From Pavona decussata (Eukaryota): a stretch of 64,000 nucleotides of DNA. The position numbers were made by a program, and so were the translations under genes. The stretch is taken from the NCBI GenBank assembly GCA_977016875.1, contig CDRNST010000096.1, forward strand, positions 1,736,001 through 1,800,000, written 5' to 3'. Position 1 is the first letter of the stretch, and every line of letters starts with the position of its first letter. The notes beneath the pieces are model-generated. The model ran no database searches. It saw only the letters and a program-made list of their open reading frames with translations, and was not told the DNA's origin. This document shows positions 48,124 to 59,906 of the stretch, one piece after another.

Positions 48124-50682
48124 TCAATAGTTTGCTGTTTTTGTATGTACGAAAGACAGTGCTTCAAGGTATATGTCTACTCCGTACTCTTCACTATCAC
48201 GCAATGGATCAATTAAAGTTTTGAGTGATTCATAATCAGCTGCCTGAAGAGGATTACTTGTGATAGGAACTTCCACTGCTTCTTGATCATCGGTTGGGTT
48301 GAGTGGTGCAGGACCATCCCAATCAACGCCATAGTAATCCCCCTTTAATAGATAAAGAAGTCAATAAATATACCATGACGAGGTAATTAAATATACCAGC
48401 TCATTGAATCCACAAACATTAATTGGTGTTCTAATAGATCTACTAAAATAACCTTTTGACCCCCTCTCCCTCTCCTTCTCCCTGTGTAACTGGACATGTT
48501 AACATATACAAGTCAAAGGTGGGTATAGGTAATGCGTTTGGGATGTAGAACAAATGTTTATTCTAGGCTACCATGCTTGTTGCAGACTATTGTAGCAGTA
48601 TTTGGCTCATCACTTTCAATACAAGCATCACTACTTTAAATGAAAGTATACCACAATCCTGACAAAACGCAACCCACCTGATTCCAGAAATCATCAATTC
48701 CTCTGTTTGAAGCGGTAACAGTACCAGAGATCCACAACTGCCAAGGAGACTTTCCCCGCTCTGTAGATAGGGGGGCCCTGTTATGTCCCCCAGCAAATAT
48801 TTGCAGGTTCCTGTTAATTCTTGGAACATAGGCAAAGTGAAGGGCAAACAAGTGAAGCTCATTAGAGGGATCAAGCATTCCACATTGTTCCATGTCATAG
48901 AAGAGGTGATAAAAGATGTGGAGACAACCAGAGAACAGGTCTCTCCAGAGACGTTCGATTCTTTGGTTGTGAACGCTGCGGCCAGTGATGTGACTTCCTC
49001 TATTAGGCCCCCTGAGAGGGTGACTCAGCATATAGCGTGCAACTTCTACATTCTCACCACCCTTGTCTGACCTTACTCTCGAAGGTAAACCAAAACTGCC
49101 AACGGCAGTGAGAAAATAGTCATGAACTGTACTTGAAAAATTGTTTGTGCTGCATCTCAAGTAAACAATCATCCTTGAGAACCCATCAATACCCCTGTGG
49201 ATGACAAATCTCCATCTGCATGTTAAAAATATTTTAAAATAACTACAATTGAGTACAACATTCACAATCAGGCTTAAAAACCTTATAGCTGTGTATCTGT
49301 GTATCAAAATCTTTTTAATGTGGGAAAAAGTAGGGGGTGGATTGGTTGGGAGTGGGGTTCTTCGTTCATTGGACAGATACTTACCCTACTTGGAAAAGAG
49401 AATTACCCTGACGATGTTTAAGACAAAAATCAAACAACTTTTGTTGTCCGATTTTGATACCGGCTTGTTTAGGATAATTTATTGAACCCAAAGCTATACC
49501 CTGACTACACTGTTCAAGACAAAGTGATAAAATCAATTATTATGTTGAAGACAAAAATCCTGAAAAAACATTCCCTGACTTGCCATACATCCCCCTATTT
49601 TTTTTTTAGCCCTTATAAGGGTGTAACCAACCCCTCCTGAGGGAATAAATCCTGCAAACAGACTTATTAAAATCGAAAAAAGAAATCTCAAATCTTTATT
49701 TTAACACAGTAAAAATTTATCAGGGTTTTGTTACATATGAAGTATAAAGAACATAACCATATTTATAATGATAAATACATATCTAAAGAGTCTCTTAAAA
49801 AACACTACTCACAATTACACTAAACCATACCTGGAATGCTGAGTATCTAACTTAATTAACTAAAATGAGAAATCCTGCTTGTAGTTAACAGTAGGAGTTA
49901 AAAGTAGTAGGCTTGTACTATCATTAGGTCTGTGTTTTCTAGACACTCCAAAGGTGTTCTGACTTCAGAATATGCAGCAAACGGTGCTGTACCTTATCAA
50001 TTTGATTCCCATCTATGTCCCAAAGGGCAAGAGGGCCAGGAACTTGATACCGCCTTCGGCGTACAGCTCGTAGCTCAAGTGCTCTAAGTAGTACACCGTC
50101 AGGATTAACTCTTCTCATGCTCTCCCTGATGCGGTTTTGTTGAATTCTATAACCAGCATTGTGCAACAGGCCAGTCATCCTCTTGTACCCACTGTTAGGG
50201 AATTCTCTCATTAACCTCTCGACAATTAGATCTAGATCGTTATCAGAAAAGTCTGAATACCTCTGTCTGACATAGGATTCATATTGACGCATTCTCCGTT
50301 TCACCGTACTTTCACTTACACAGAGCATCGAGGCAATTTCCACTGATGTAAACTTCATATCTAAAAGAAACTCGAGTTTATCCTTTGAAATAGAATAGCG
50401 AGGTCTTCCCCGTTGACCAGTGAGCATAACCTCTGCTTGAATTGGAACACTCGAGTTGCGACAATCATCCTTATTCGTCGCTAGCAGAACTGCAACTTGG
50501 TGAAGGCGGTTCATAACTGCCTCTCCAGATGGAATGTGGTCAACGTAACGAACAGCTGCACTATACAACCAATCAAGGCGAAATTGTGCTACATCATCCT
50601 CACAAAAATTGCCTTGTTCCACCAAAAGGATGAGGTCTCTCACACATTTGCTTAGTTCGCTAGATATTGACTGGGCCGCCAT
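48124..50682 (-). pseudogene. Integrase-core (rve-like DDE) transposase of IS3EU type, 3 exons: 50682-49993, 49215-48678, ~48342-48124
   Basis: HTH region [10 protein letters not shown]...[16 protein letters not shown], then [76 protein letters not shown] and IDPL..YGVDIY. An apparent 2-nt deletion at ~50003 shifts the frame just before intron 1. Confidence 0.88.
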
Positions 50683-50699
50683 ATTGAAAAGGTTGTTTA

Positions 50700-51145
50700 C
50701 TCGTCCCAGGGTTCCTCGTAGTTTTCCCGCTGCTAGGCACCAGTCCAACAGCCGAACATAATTCGAAAGTCGAAAATGTAATGGAAAATGACAAGACATG
50801 GTGTAAAATGTCAAAACATAATTCGAATATCAAGAATATAATGCAAAATGACAAGACACTGTGTCAAATTTCAAAACATAATTGGAATATCGAAAGCATA
50901 ATGCAAAATACCAAAACATAATTTAGCAGCTTGCAGAATATAATGCAAAATGACAAGACATTATCAAAAAGGTCAAATCATAATTCGAATGTCGAAAACA
51001 TAATGCAGAATATCAGAGCATAATTTAGCAGCTTGCAGGAGATTAATTTGAGAACCGAAAATGTAATGCAGAATGCCATAACATAATTCAATAGAGCATC
51101 ATAACAGGATTTGCAATTGAATAATGACCCTAATAACGCTTCATA
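50700..51145 (-). repeat. Right TIR (446 bp)
   Basis: Reverse complement of 41508-41953. Confidence 0.95.
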
Positions 51146-51479
51146 TCAAGCGACGCTCACTTTGTTTGGCCGGAAATTAAAAATAAACAAAAATATAAGT
51201 GCATACAGTTACTTTGCCTTCAACAGGGATAGGGTGCAGTCTTATCATTGTAGAACCTCCCAGTTCCATCCCGCCTAAAAGTAATAAGTAATCATTCTCA
51301 AGGGCAACTTTTTATTGAATTGTAACCTTTGAAACATACAATAAAGCAAAGAAAAGATGTTGAACTTCCAAGAAAACAGTAAAATGGAAACAAGACATAC
51401 AAGACTACAACTTCAAATTAAACAGTTTCGATCCCAACTGTTTCCTCAGTCTTTTAGCTCTAACTATTTTTCTTAGAGG

Positions 51480-51848
51480 TGTCACTTTCCAGCAAAGACA
51501 TCACGATCTTGATTTGCTGCTGCTGTTGTTGTAGAAACATCATTTAAAAGCTCTGAATTTGTTCGTTCTGCTTAGCTTGCTGTTTCTGCATCATCTGCAA
51601 CATGTCATGCTGTTGTTGCTGAATCAGTTTTTCTTGATCTGCCATCATCTTCTGCTGTGCATCTTTATTCTCTAGTTCCTTCACTCTCAGAGCTAGCTCT
51701 TCCTTTTTTACTCACTCTCATGTTCAAACTTATCTCTCAGATACACCAACGTTTCACTTTCACTTCTTCTAGCTTTTTTAGGCTTAATTTCCTTGCCATC
51801 TGTATCAGCTTGTCTTTTTGCTGTCTCACAAGTCGTTCTACTGCTTTC
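51480..51848 (-). pseudogene. 3' part of the Myb/SANT-like partner gene of the Harbinger element starting at 39842
   Basis: KKARRSESETLVYLRDKFEHE followed by a Gln-rich tail, homologous to KKNRRSGTDTLAYLKDKSDQE in 59907..60674. Confidence 0.65.
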
Positions 51849-52439
51849 AGGTGCGGGGAAGATGTAGTATATTGCGTGACATCACGTGACATATGTTAGT
51901 GAATTGCAGATTATGCAAATACAGTTGAGTTGAGCACATGGCCGCCTGTTAGTAGTTGCTTGTGCGTTCGTCGTATTGCTCCTCCCACGAATACACTTCA
52001 TAACTTCACTGTTCTTTTCAGATGATGGAGCATTTCAGTCCTTGTCAAAAGTCTATAAACCATTTTCAGGCATGGAGGCGCTGCTTCTGACAATGAAGGT
52101 AAGTAAGGAAACAGCAATAAATTAAAATACTTGTATTTATCTGCACCTGTACCATTAAATAGTGGGAAGGGAATGTCAATAATATTGTTTCAAGATTTGT
52201 CCTGGGTTGTAGCCCAGCACAATTCTCATAGAGCATGTATAGGCATTTGTTTCCAAATGTACATTTATCGTCAAGTTTACAATGGTACACTTCAAACAAC
52301 TTATCGAGAATGTAATCTGATTGGTGAGGAGTGGGGTCGGTTAACAGCATTTTTTTGGGGTAATCTTTCCCTCGAAATAAGTGGGATGATCCTAAAATAC
52401 TCAAAAATCGTCTCTTGAGGACAATATAAATAAGTCAAT

Positions 52440-52853
52440 TTGGAGTATTTCATTCTTCTAATGAAGGAAAGAGGAACTTTATTTTTTTTGCAGGAAAATG
52501 AGAAAAGAGAAAACTTCATGAAAGAGGTATCTTCAAAGTCACCCTATTTAGTTTGTGCAGGGGTCAATCAAACAGTCTCTGATACAGCACAGGTGTTTGC
52601 GATTTTTGACGTTCTTTGTGAATGTATGCCAGCAGCTTCTAATCACTCTATCTTCACTTCTTCAATAGTGACTTTGGTGGCGGTGTATTACTCATTTCAC
52701 TTGGAGTACGAGCAGAAACGGAAACATCTCTTTACATTTTTTCAAGAGCATGTGCTTGGTATAGTTCCCAAACGAAAACCTTACATTTTAAAACAACTTG
52801 AAAACAAACTTCTAAGCAAAATGAACAATTTAAATGCACAAAATGACAATTAA
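52440..52853 (+). pseudogene. Terminal exon of a SAMD3-like/EnSpm-associated accessory protein
   Basis: PYLVCAG...IVTLVAVYYSFHLEY....LFTFFQEHVLGI matches a YYxFxLxY..FxFxQ..L motif I associate with animal EnSpm/CACTA accessory proteins. Probable splice acceptor at ~52493. Confidence 0.45.
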
Positions 52854-53624
52854 GCTAACCAGTTTGACAAGTTTTTGCCTCAGTATGTGTTGAAATGTGG
52901 CTAATTTTACTTAGCTGGCATGTAATGTATTCATGTTTTCAGAGCTGGTTTCAATAAGTTTTATAGCACTCTCAGATGGCAAAAACTGCAGAGTTGGTGT
53001 GGTCGCATGAAAGTTTTTGTTAGTTCAATTGGATCTAGGAGGCCACGACCAAAATTATTAGAAAGTAGGCAGCAAATTGAGACAAATGTAGCTTGACATT
53101 CATGTAGCAAATTGTGCTGGTTCCCACCTCATATTGAAATCTCTGTGATGACAGTTAAAGTTAAAAAATGAATATTCTGTTATTGTTTAAGAGAGACTCT
53201 TTCTCCCACAGGCAGAGATTAGATTAGCAGTAGATTGTATATAAAGATATCCCCAAGCTGGCTGATAGTAGTTTATTCTTACTAGAATGTTAATGGGTTT
53301 CAAAGAAAGTAGAAGGTGTGATGCAAGAAAAACAACTCATGAATAAGCTGTTGAAAATCTTGGCAGAGGATTGTATGTTCATTTAAAGTTGATTTTAAGA
53401 GCCCAGTGGTGTCAAGTCATGTCCATGAAGTTCAAGATAAAGTTCAAGTTTAAGTATCAAAAACAGTTGTGTTACTATTTTGTGATTTTTGTTAGAAAAC
53501 GTTTAAGTGATACAGTTGTACCAATAGTATTATGAAACTAATTATTTAATATTTTGAATCAAAGACATGTTTTATTTACATGCCTCTCATAATCTACCAA
53601 TTTCGTCTTGGTATTGTCGGAAAA

Positions 53625-53952
53625 GTCATCCAATTTAGTGCGCTTAGCACGTGAACTTTGTCCGACATTCTCGTCATCAGTGTTACTGGTAGAGGCGTTG
53701 GCAAAGTTCTCTCCATGTTCACTCTCCATTTTCAAAGCGTCATTTTCGTCGTTGTCATCTTTCTCCAGCAAATTGGCCCTCTCTTCATAGTTGGAAAAGT
53801 CTTCCCCGTCATCCAATTTAGTGCGCTTATATCATGGACTGTCCGGCATTCTCGTCGTCAGTGTTACTGCTAGAGGCGTCGGAAAACTTCTCTCTATGTT
53901 CTCTGTCCATTTTCAAAGCGTCATTTTCAATGTCATCATCTTTCTCCAGCAA
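53625..53952. repeat. Diverged tandem duplication (period 183 bp) encoding an acidic peptide on the minus strand
   Basis: GTCATCCAATTTAGTGCGCT...TTCTCCAGCAA at 53625-53771 and 53808-53952. Confidence 0.75.
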
Positions 53953-53959
53953 GAAAGAT

Positions 53960-54700
53960 GTCCATGGGGCTCGTTGGTATTTCTCTTTCTTTGCTTCTCA
54001 TTTGTTATCCATTTTTTGTCAAGTGTCTCAACGGGGGCCTTTTCGAGTGAAGCCCAGTCACTTCTTTCTCTCGTCATAGACAGTATAATATTACTTTGAA
54101 TTTGAGAGGGAGTTAGAGTTGGGTTTTCAGATAATGTCTGTCTTACATCCTCCACCGGTTTAGATATAACAGGCTTTGAAGGGCAGGTGTGGTCCCCGCA
54201 ATCATACACGAAAACTGATTGTTGTCTCCTGACTACGTATCGACGTGGAAAGCATGGCACATGATTTCCTTTGATACCACACACTTCACACGACTTACTT
54301 TTCTTTTCAAACTGTATGCAGTTGACCACACCGAATTCGTTTTTGAACTCGCACTTTGGGTTACTGCAAGCGTAGGAACGTTTGCAATCAGAATATCTTA
54401 CTTTCCCAAAGCCTTTCGATTCTGTCTGCGAGTCTGTCTTCCAGAGCCTACCGTCTTTGGCAGCAGACATAATACTCAACTTTTCCTTTGATGAACCCAA
54501 CTTGACCTTGCAAACTTTTAAGCCAGTTATATCTTCTGTAACTTTGTCAACCTCCTCAATAGCTACATCTGACCATAACTCATGTCTGATCTTTTTCTGT
54601 TTTTTGGTGGCGCAACACTTTCCGTCAACATCAACCACATGCCTTCATCCGTTTCTATGTCTGGTTTAAGTTTCTGTTTTTTCTTTGCCAGTGAGCTTTC
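53960..54700 (-). pseudogene. MULE-type transposase N-terminal GCM/WRKY-like zinc domain
   Basis: DGRLW...DCKRSYACSNPKC...CEVCG...PC...VYDCGDHTC. Confidence 0.55.
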
Positions 54701-55237
54701 CTCTTCACTGTCGAGTCGTTTTGTGGTCTGAAAATACAACTCATTGTCATTGGGTTTTTTTTTTGTATACGGGATAAAAGACGCAGTGGCTTATACAGTG
54801 TCAGTTACATTACCGAGTTTTATAAACGATATTGGTTTCACCACTGAAATAAATTTGCAATGTTGTTTGGGTAACACAGATTAAGAAGATTTCAACGATT
54901 TCAGCTACGAATATTTCAGGGTACTTTCCGAAGATTTTTTAAAATAGTCCGACGGTCATACCATCACCCAATTATATGAAAGCTGGTAGCATTCGCAACA
55001 ATGGAATGCGGAAAGGAAGACACCTGCAACATTCAACTGTTTTGGAACTGTTTTAATGAAGTTTTAAGGAAGGAAAAGAAAGATGATAGCTATTTCTTTA
55101 ACCCAGAGGTTGGATAACAGACATGGCTGGGTCAAACATGGAAGGCCTAAAAAGAGCCATCGGTCCTCATGCGTTGCATAAATTAAAAACATACGAATTT
55201 CACTTTCAAAGAGAGTAGGAATAGGCAGGCAAGAAAG

Positions 55238-56450
55238 TTGAATGACCATGAAAGACGAAATTTTAAAGACTTGTGCGATGCTCTGCTCGAAGCAGTAAGT
55301 CCCGCTGCTTACGACAGAGCCAGGGAAAACTTAATAAACTTCATTGAAGAAAGCGAGGAGAGAAAATACCTGGAGTGGTGGCACAAAAGATGGAGCTACA
55401 TCTTTCGTGCTTTCTTGCCATTTGACAGTGCACTGAGAATGAATCACTCAGAGCTGATCCATGCCAGTTGGGTGAAGAGGGACAGAATGAACATGTCATT
55501 GCTGGATGCCGCACATGCCGATTCTCGGGACAATATCCAACTTGAAGCATTTATGGATGGTACTGGGAAGAGTGGAAAAGGCCCATCTCTTCTGGAAAAA
55601 CAACACAAAGCGACAAGAGATCAGATCCGTAGAGCTAGGCTTCTCGGAGAGGACCTGATTAGAGAAGATCTCTGTGACAAAGACGAGATATGAGCTTTAC
55701 AAGACCAAGATGCACCTGGCATCCCCAATCTGCATGATAGGCATAATACTAGTGTCAGCCAAATGTCGAAATCTACCAAAACACGAGCAGGTCGTTACTG
55801 ACCTACTCGTAACAAACCTTTGTCGATAGGCTGCACACGGGAAAATGAGAGAAGGAAGAGCTCAAAATAAAATTAATAGACTCCTCCACAGCCTATCACA
55901 GAGCCTACATCATAGTTAACCTAAGAAAAAATTCTGAACATAAAGTAGAAATAGGAAAAAGTCCCTCCTGTGATTGTACAGATTTCGAGAAGAATTCTGG
56001 GAAAGAATTATGTAAACATATCATATGGACATTACTTAACATGAGTCAACTGCCGGAAAACAGTGATCTCTTGCAGCAGCTGTTTCTAACTGATGACGAG
56101 GCCTCATCTATTGTTGGAAATGCATTATCGTTTTTACCACAGAACCTTGCAGATATAAAATCCACTAAAAAGACTAGAAGAGAAATAATACAGGACCTCC
56201 TTTCAAATGATCCTCGAAGTAAAAACCAGCAAGTCTGGACTCTAGAAAAAAAGAAAAGAGAAAAGTGGACAAGCACCAAGATGCCGGGCTTGTAGAAAAG
56301 TACAAAATGAAGGTGAATTTACCATCACTGTTAAAGGGCTCTATGTCCTTTATGAACAGAATTTCGTCACAGAAACAATGTTTTATTTTTGCCCGAAAGA
56401 TCAATGTATAAGCAAGATACCACATTGGACCAATTTAAAACCACCAGATA
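55238..56450 (+). pseudogene. MULE-type transposase C-terminal region with SWIM zinc finger
   Basis: LEWWHKRWSYIF..MNHSELIHASW (N..E..H catalytic-Glu context) and HKVEIGKSPSCDCTDF...LCKHIIW at ~55939-56030 (SWIM CxC..CKH). Confidence 0.65.
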
Positions 56451-58140
56451 GAATCATAGCTGACGTTCATTTCTGACGCTGCACTAACAACTTTCAGAGA
56501 TAATGGTTTGCCAATTGATTCTGTTGACCGATAATTAAGATCAATGTGTTTGAATCGTTTGTTCAGGAACAATTTTATTACAGTTATTGTTTAAGTATCT
56601 TTTATATTATTTACACGACCCCACAAGCTGCATAGCTTAAATACTCATCGTGTCAAAATAAAGGTTTTACTTACTTACTTACTAATCAATTTTAAATTGG
56701 GTGATCACTTTGAAATTTGTATTATTAATGGTTTAAACTTCAGTGAGGAACTCCACTCAATATAAATTTTTATGCAGTTGGTGATGAAAAAATATGCTTT
56801 TTGGAGTTACCTTCTCCTTTTAAGAGTTAACTTCTCTGAGTAAGTAGCTGACACTTTTACTTGGCTATTAGTGACAAGACAACCACTCAGATTGCTACAT
56901 GTACATGAAAAATATTCATGTTATATGTGACTCGTGTTCACATGAGTTTTTGAGAAAAATTGGAATTTACATTAAGACGTTATGTTTGCATTAAATGAAT
57001 GTAACCTGTAAGTAGGAAGAATGAAGTTAACTGCACTTCTGTTACTTGTACCTTTCAAACCCCTTTATATGGAATAGAAATATTGACACATTAGTTATAT
57101 TAACCCATTAAATCATACCGCTTTTCGGTCAGATTGTGAGATAATATGTGTACATCAAAGTCTGCCTCAACTAGTTGAATCACTACCTGAATCTTCAGAT
57201 GCAAAACAACTATACAGTAAGCTGTTATCCAAGACTAACAACTGCGGGTAAATTTGGAGTTACGATGGATAAGATTACACAACAGTAATCAAGCAATGAA
57301 TTACCGAACTTTTTAATCCCTAGTTTTAGCCAATTTTCATTTTTGTCTTATTTTTATAAGGACTGTGGGCAAAGAAATATGTGGTGATACCTTTGTTGTG
57401 GGCTCACTAGAGCGTGTGTGGGACATCTTATGTTTAGTAAACCAAGTGGAGAGAGAAGTTGTAGGGGCAGTGCCCAAGATGTGGGTATTTAAATGAGCAA
57501 TTGTGAGTGGAGTGGAATACCAAAGTTCACTCTACAAAAGAACCACTGCGCAAAACAACTCAACTATAAAAAGCGTGAATGATGTATAAAACGATAAAAT
57601 AATGACCTTGGTCCGGAATATCTACAAAGTCTTTTCTCTCAGCGTCACTCTGCTTACAACTTAACAAACTCTGAGGAGGGGGACATCGGGATTTGCGGTG
57701 TTGATGTTTTTTTAATGTGGTGATGCGGTGAATAAAATCTCAGTTTGCGGTGTTGCGGTGATCTCAAACCCTATGGTGTGCCATGTTTGTGTTTTACATG
57801 CTACGGTGTTCGGTGAAATGAAAATAGATCAAAAGCAGAGAGAATATAAGGTCAACTACCTTGATAATAGAGACTTTACGCAACGACGACGGGATGGCTT
57901 CACGACGGGGTTCGCGACAGAAAGTGACTAGGTCGACAAACTCAGTCCGTCGACTGTAAAGTTGCGTTACGCAACGATGGATTCTAGGACGGCGCTTGGT
58001 TTTGGCGCGAAATGCAAATCACTCATTTCGGCGGGAAAATGTCGAGTTTATCGGCGACGAGGCCCGCGTTGACTTGTCTTGTGTTTATATTTGATCGACT
58101 AATGACTTAACAATTTGTATTCCTGCTCTTGATATACCGT

Positions 58141-59217
58141 ATGCCTTCTCTAAGAGAAGTTAGAGATATCTTGCTTTTTGCTCAGAGTGATAAGTTGATA
58201 AACGATGAAGAATTTTTGCTTTTGTACGATTTAAACAAGTCAAACAACCTTGATCTACCGTATTGGAGCTACGACCAGTTTAACCTTGATCTGCTAACGG
58301 ACGATGAATGCAAGTCGGAATTCAGATTCCTCAAGAACGACGTTTACCGTCTTGCTGAAGTGATGCATGTTCCAGATGAAATAAGATGCTATAATCGTGT
58401 TGTTGTGGACGGAATTGAAGCTCTGTGTATTTTTCTTAAACGATTTGCATACCCATGTAGATATTCGGATATGCTGCCAAGATTTGCAAGAGCCGTGCCA
58501 CAAATTTGCATGATATCGAACCAAATGATGAACTTCATTTATCAAACACAAAACCACCGTTTACGAAGTTTTAACCAGCCATGGCTTTCTCAGGCCAATC
58601 TTCAGAATTATGCCGATGTAATTCATGCTAAAGGAGCTCCGCTTCAAAACTGTTGGGGTTTTATCGATGGAACGGTTAGGCCAGTTTCTAGGCCTGGGAA
58701 AAACCAAAGAGTTCTGTACAACGGACACAAGAGGGTCCATGCCATAAAATTTCAGTCCGTTGCTGCCCCAAATGGATTGATAGCTAACCTGTATGGTCCA
58801 GTTGAAGGGAGACGACATGACAGTGGTATGTTAGTAGAGTCTGCTCTACTTGGCGATTTGCAACGCCACTCATTTTCTCCTGTTGGTCAACCCTTATGTG
58901 TATATGGGGATCCGGCTTACCCCTTAAATATACACCTTCAAGGACCATTCAAAGGTGCCAGGATTACCCCTCTACAGAATGAATACAACAGTGCAATGAG
59001 CAGTGTTAGAACATCAGTAGAGTGGGTTTTCGGAGACATTATAAATTACTTCGCTTTTATGGATTTCAAGAAGAACTTGAAAATTCGTTTAAGTGCAGTT
59101 GGCAAAATGTACATGGTGTGTGCCCTGCTGACGAATGCCCGCACATGTCTTTACCAGTCCGTAACATCGGCGTATTTTGGCTTGGATCCACCTACGTTGG
59201 AAGCGTATTTCCAGTGA
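58141..59217 (+). CDS. Harbinger-type DDE transposase, intronless, 358 aa
   Basis: WGFIDGT, YNGHKRVH, EGRRHDSG, YGDPAY and VRTSVEWVFG, in an uninterrupted frame from the ATG at 58141. Confidence 0.92.
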   Translation: MPSLREVRDILLFAQSDKLINDEEFLLLYDLNKSNNLDLPYWSYDQFNLDLLTDDECKSEFRFLKNDVYRLAEVMHVPDEIRCYNRVVVDGIEALCIFLKRFAYPCRYSDMLPRFARAVPQICMISNQMMNFIYQTQNHRLRSFNQPWLSQANLQNYADVIHAKGAPLQNCWGFIDGTVRPVSRPGKNQRVLYNGHKRVHAIKFQSVAAPNGLIANLYGPVEGRRHDSGMLVESALLGDLQRHSFSPVGQPLCVYGDPAYPLNIHLQGPFKGARITPLQNEYNSAMSSVRTSVEWVFGDIINYFAFMDFKKNLKIRLSAVGKMYMVCALLTNARTCLYQSVTSAYFGLDPPTLEAYFQ

Positions 59218-59906
59218 AATCGAGTATTGGATAAAAACTTTGAGCTGTGTTTAACAGTTGTTGCATTTAGTTAGTCCTATTGCTGCTTACAATTGTAAAA
59301 TTAATTGGCCATTTCTATAAACCCTTACTCATTTCAGGCCAAAATAGATGAATTTCCGTACGAAATTCTCACCATGTTTCAGGCTAGCTAGCTAGCAAAA
59401 AACAAATTCTGACCGTATGTCTACCTTCAGACCTTGAACACGTTGTAATCAACTTCATCTCATTTTAGCCATAGGTATGTTCCCCAAATTAGTTTAGCCT
59501 GAGTAACCGCTCCGTTAGAGAAGGGAGATTCGCGTGTGGAGCGGTTCACTCTGGCTAAACTAATTTGGGGGACATACCTTTATAGCTTATAAAGGGGAGT
59601 ACCCCAGGGGATGCTGTTGTAATAACCAAGGCAATATACTTCATGTCAGCATCAGACATTTATTGCTAAAAATGTTATAATAAAGAGAGGAAACAACTAT
59701 TAAAGAAACATTGAACTTTTGCTTTTGTGTTACAAATAAAATGACGTTGATGAAAGGAAAGGGTGTCCACCAACTTTTAACTAAGTATAATTGCAAAACT
59801 TTCCTCAAATTTATAAAACCTATAGAGAAACAACTGCCTTGCTCTAACACAACATTTTACTGACGAAAACATTGTCAGTCAGTAAAAAACCAGTTAAATC
59901 AATTTT

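Larger units (their letters stand above)
41508..51145. mobile_element. IS3EU-type DNA transposon (9,638 bp) carrying a HECT E3 ligase gene
   Basis: 446-bp TIRs beginning TATGAAGCG and ending CGCTTCATA. 6-bp TSD TCAAGC (41502-41507 and 51146-51151). Encodes an integrase-core transposase. TAY..RTA ends plus a 6-bp TSD are the described IS3EU signature. Confidence 0.88.
39842..51848. mobile_element. PIF/Harbinger (Pangu-like) element interrupted by the IS3EU-type element; right end missing
   Basis: Left end ATT|AGGGACCTTAAGCA, transposase at 40033-41426, and after the nested insertion the 3' part of a Myb-like partner gene (51480-51848, -). No right TIR found. Confidence 0.75.

Noticed and set aside
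41508-51145. Polinton/Maverick interpretation (long TIRs, 6-bp TSD, integrase)
   Set aside because: No PolB, ATPase, capsid or protease ORFs. Termini are TAT..ATA rather than AG..CT, and the size is only 9.6 kb.
58141-59217. Domesticated HARBI1 gene
   Set aside because: It is flanked by TIRs and a TSD with a Myb partner, and related copies occur in the same window.
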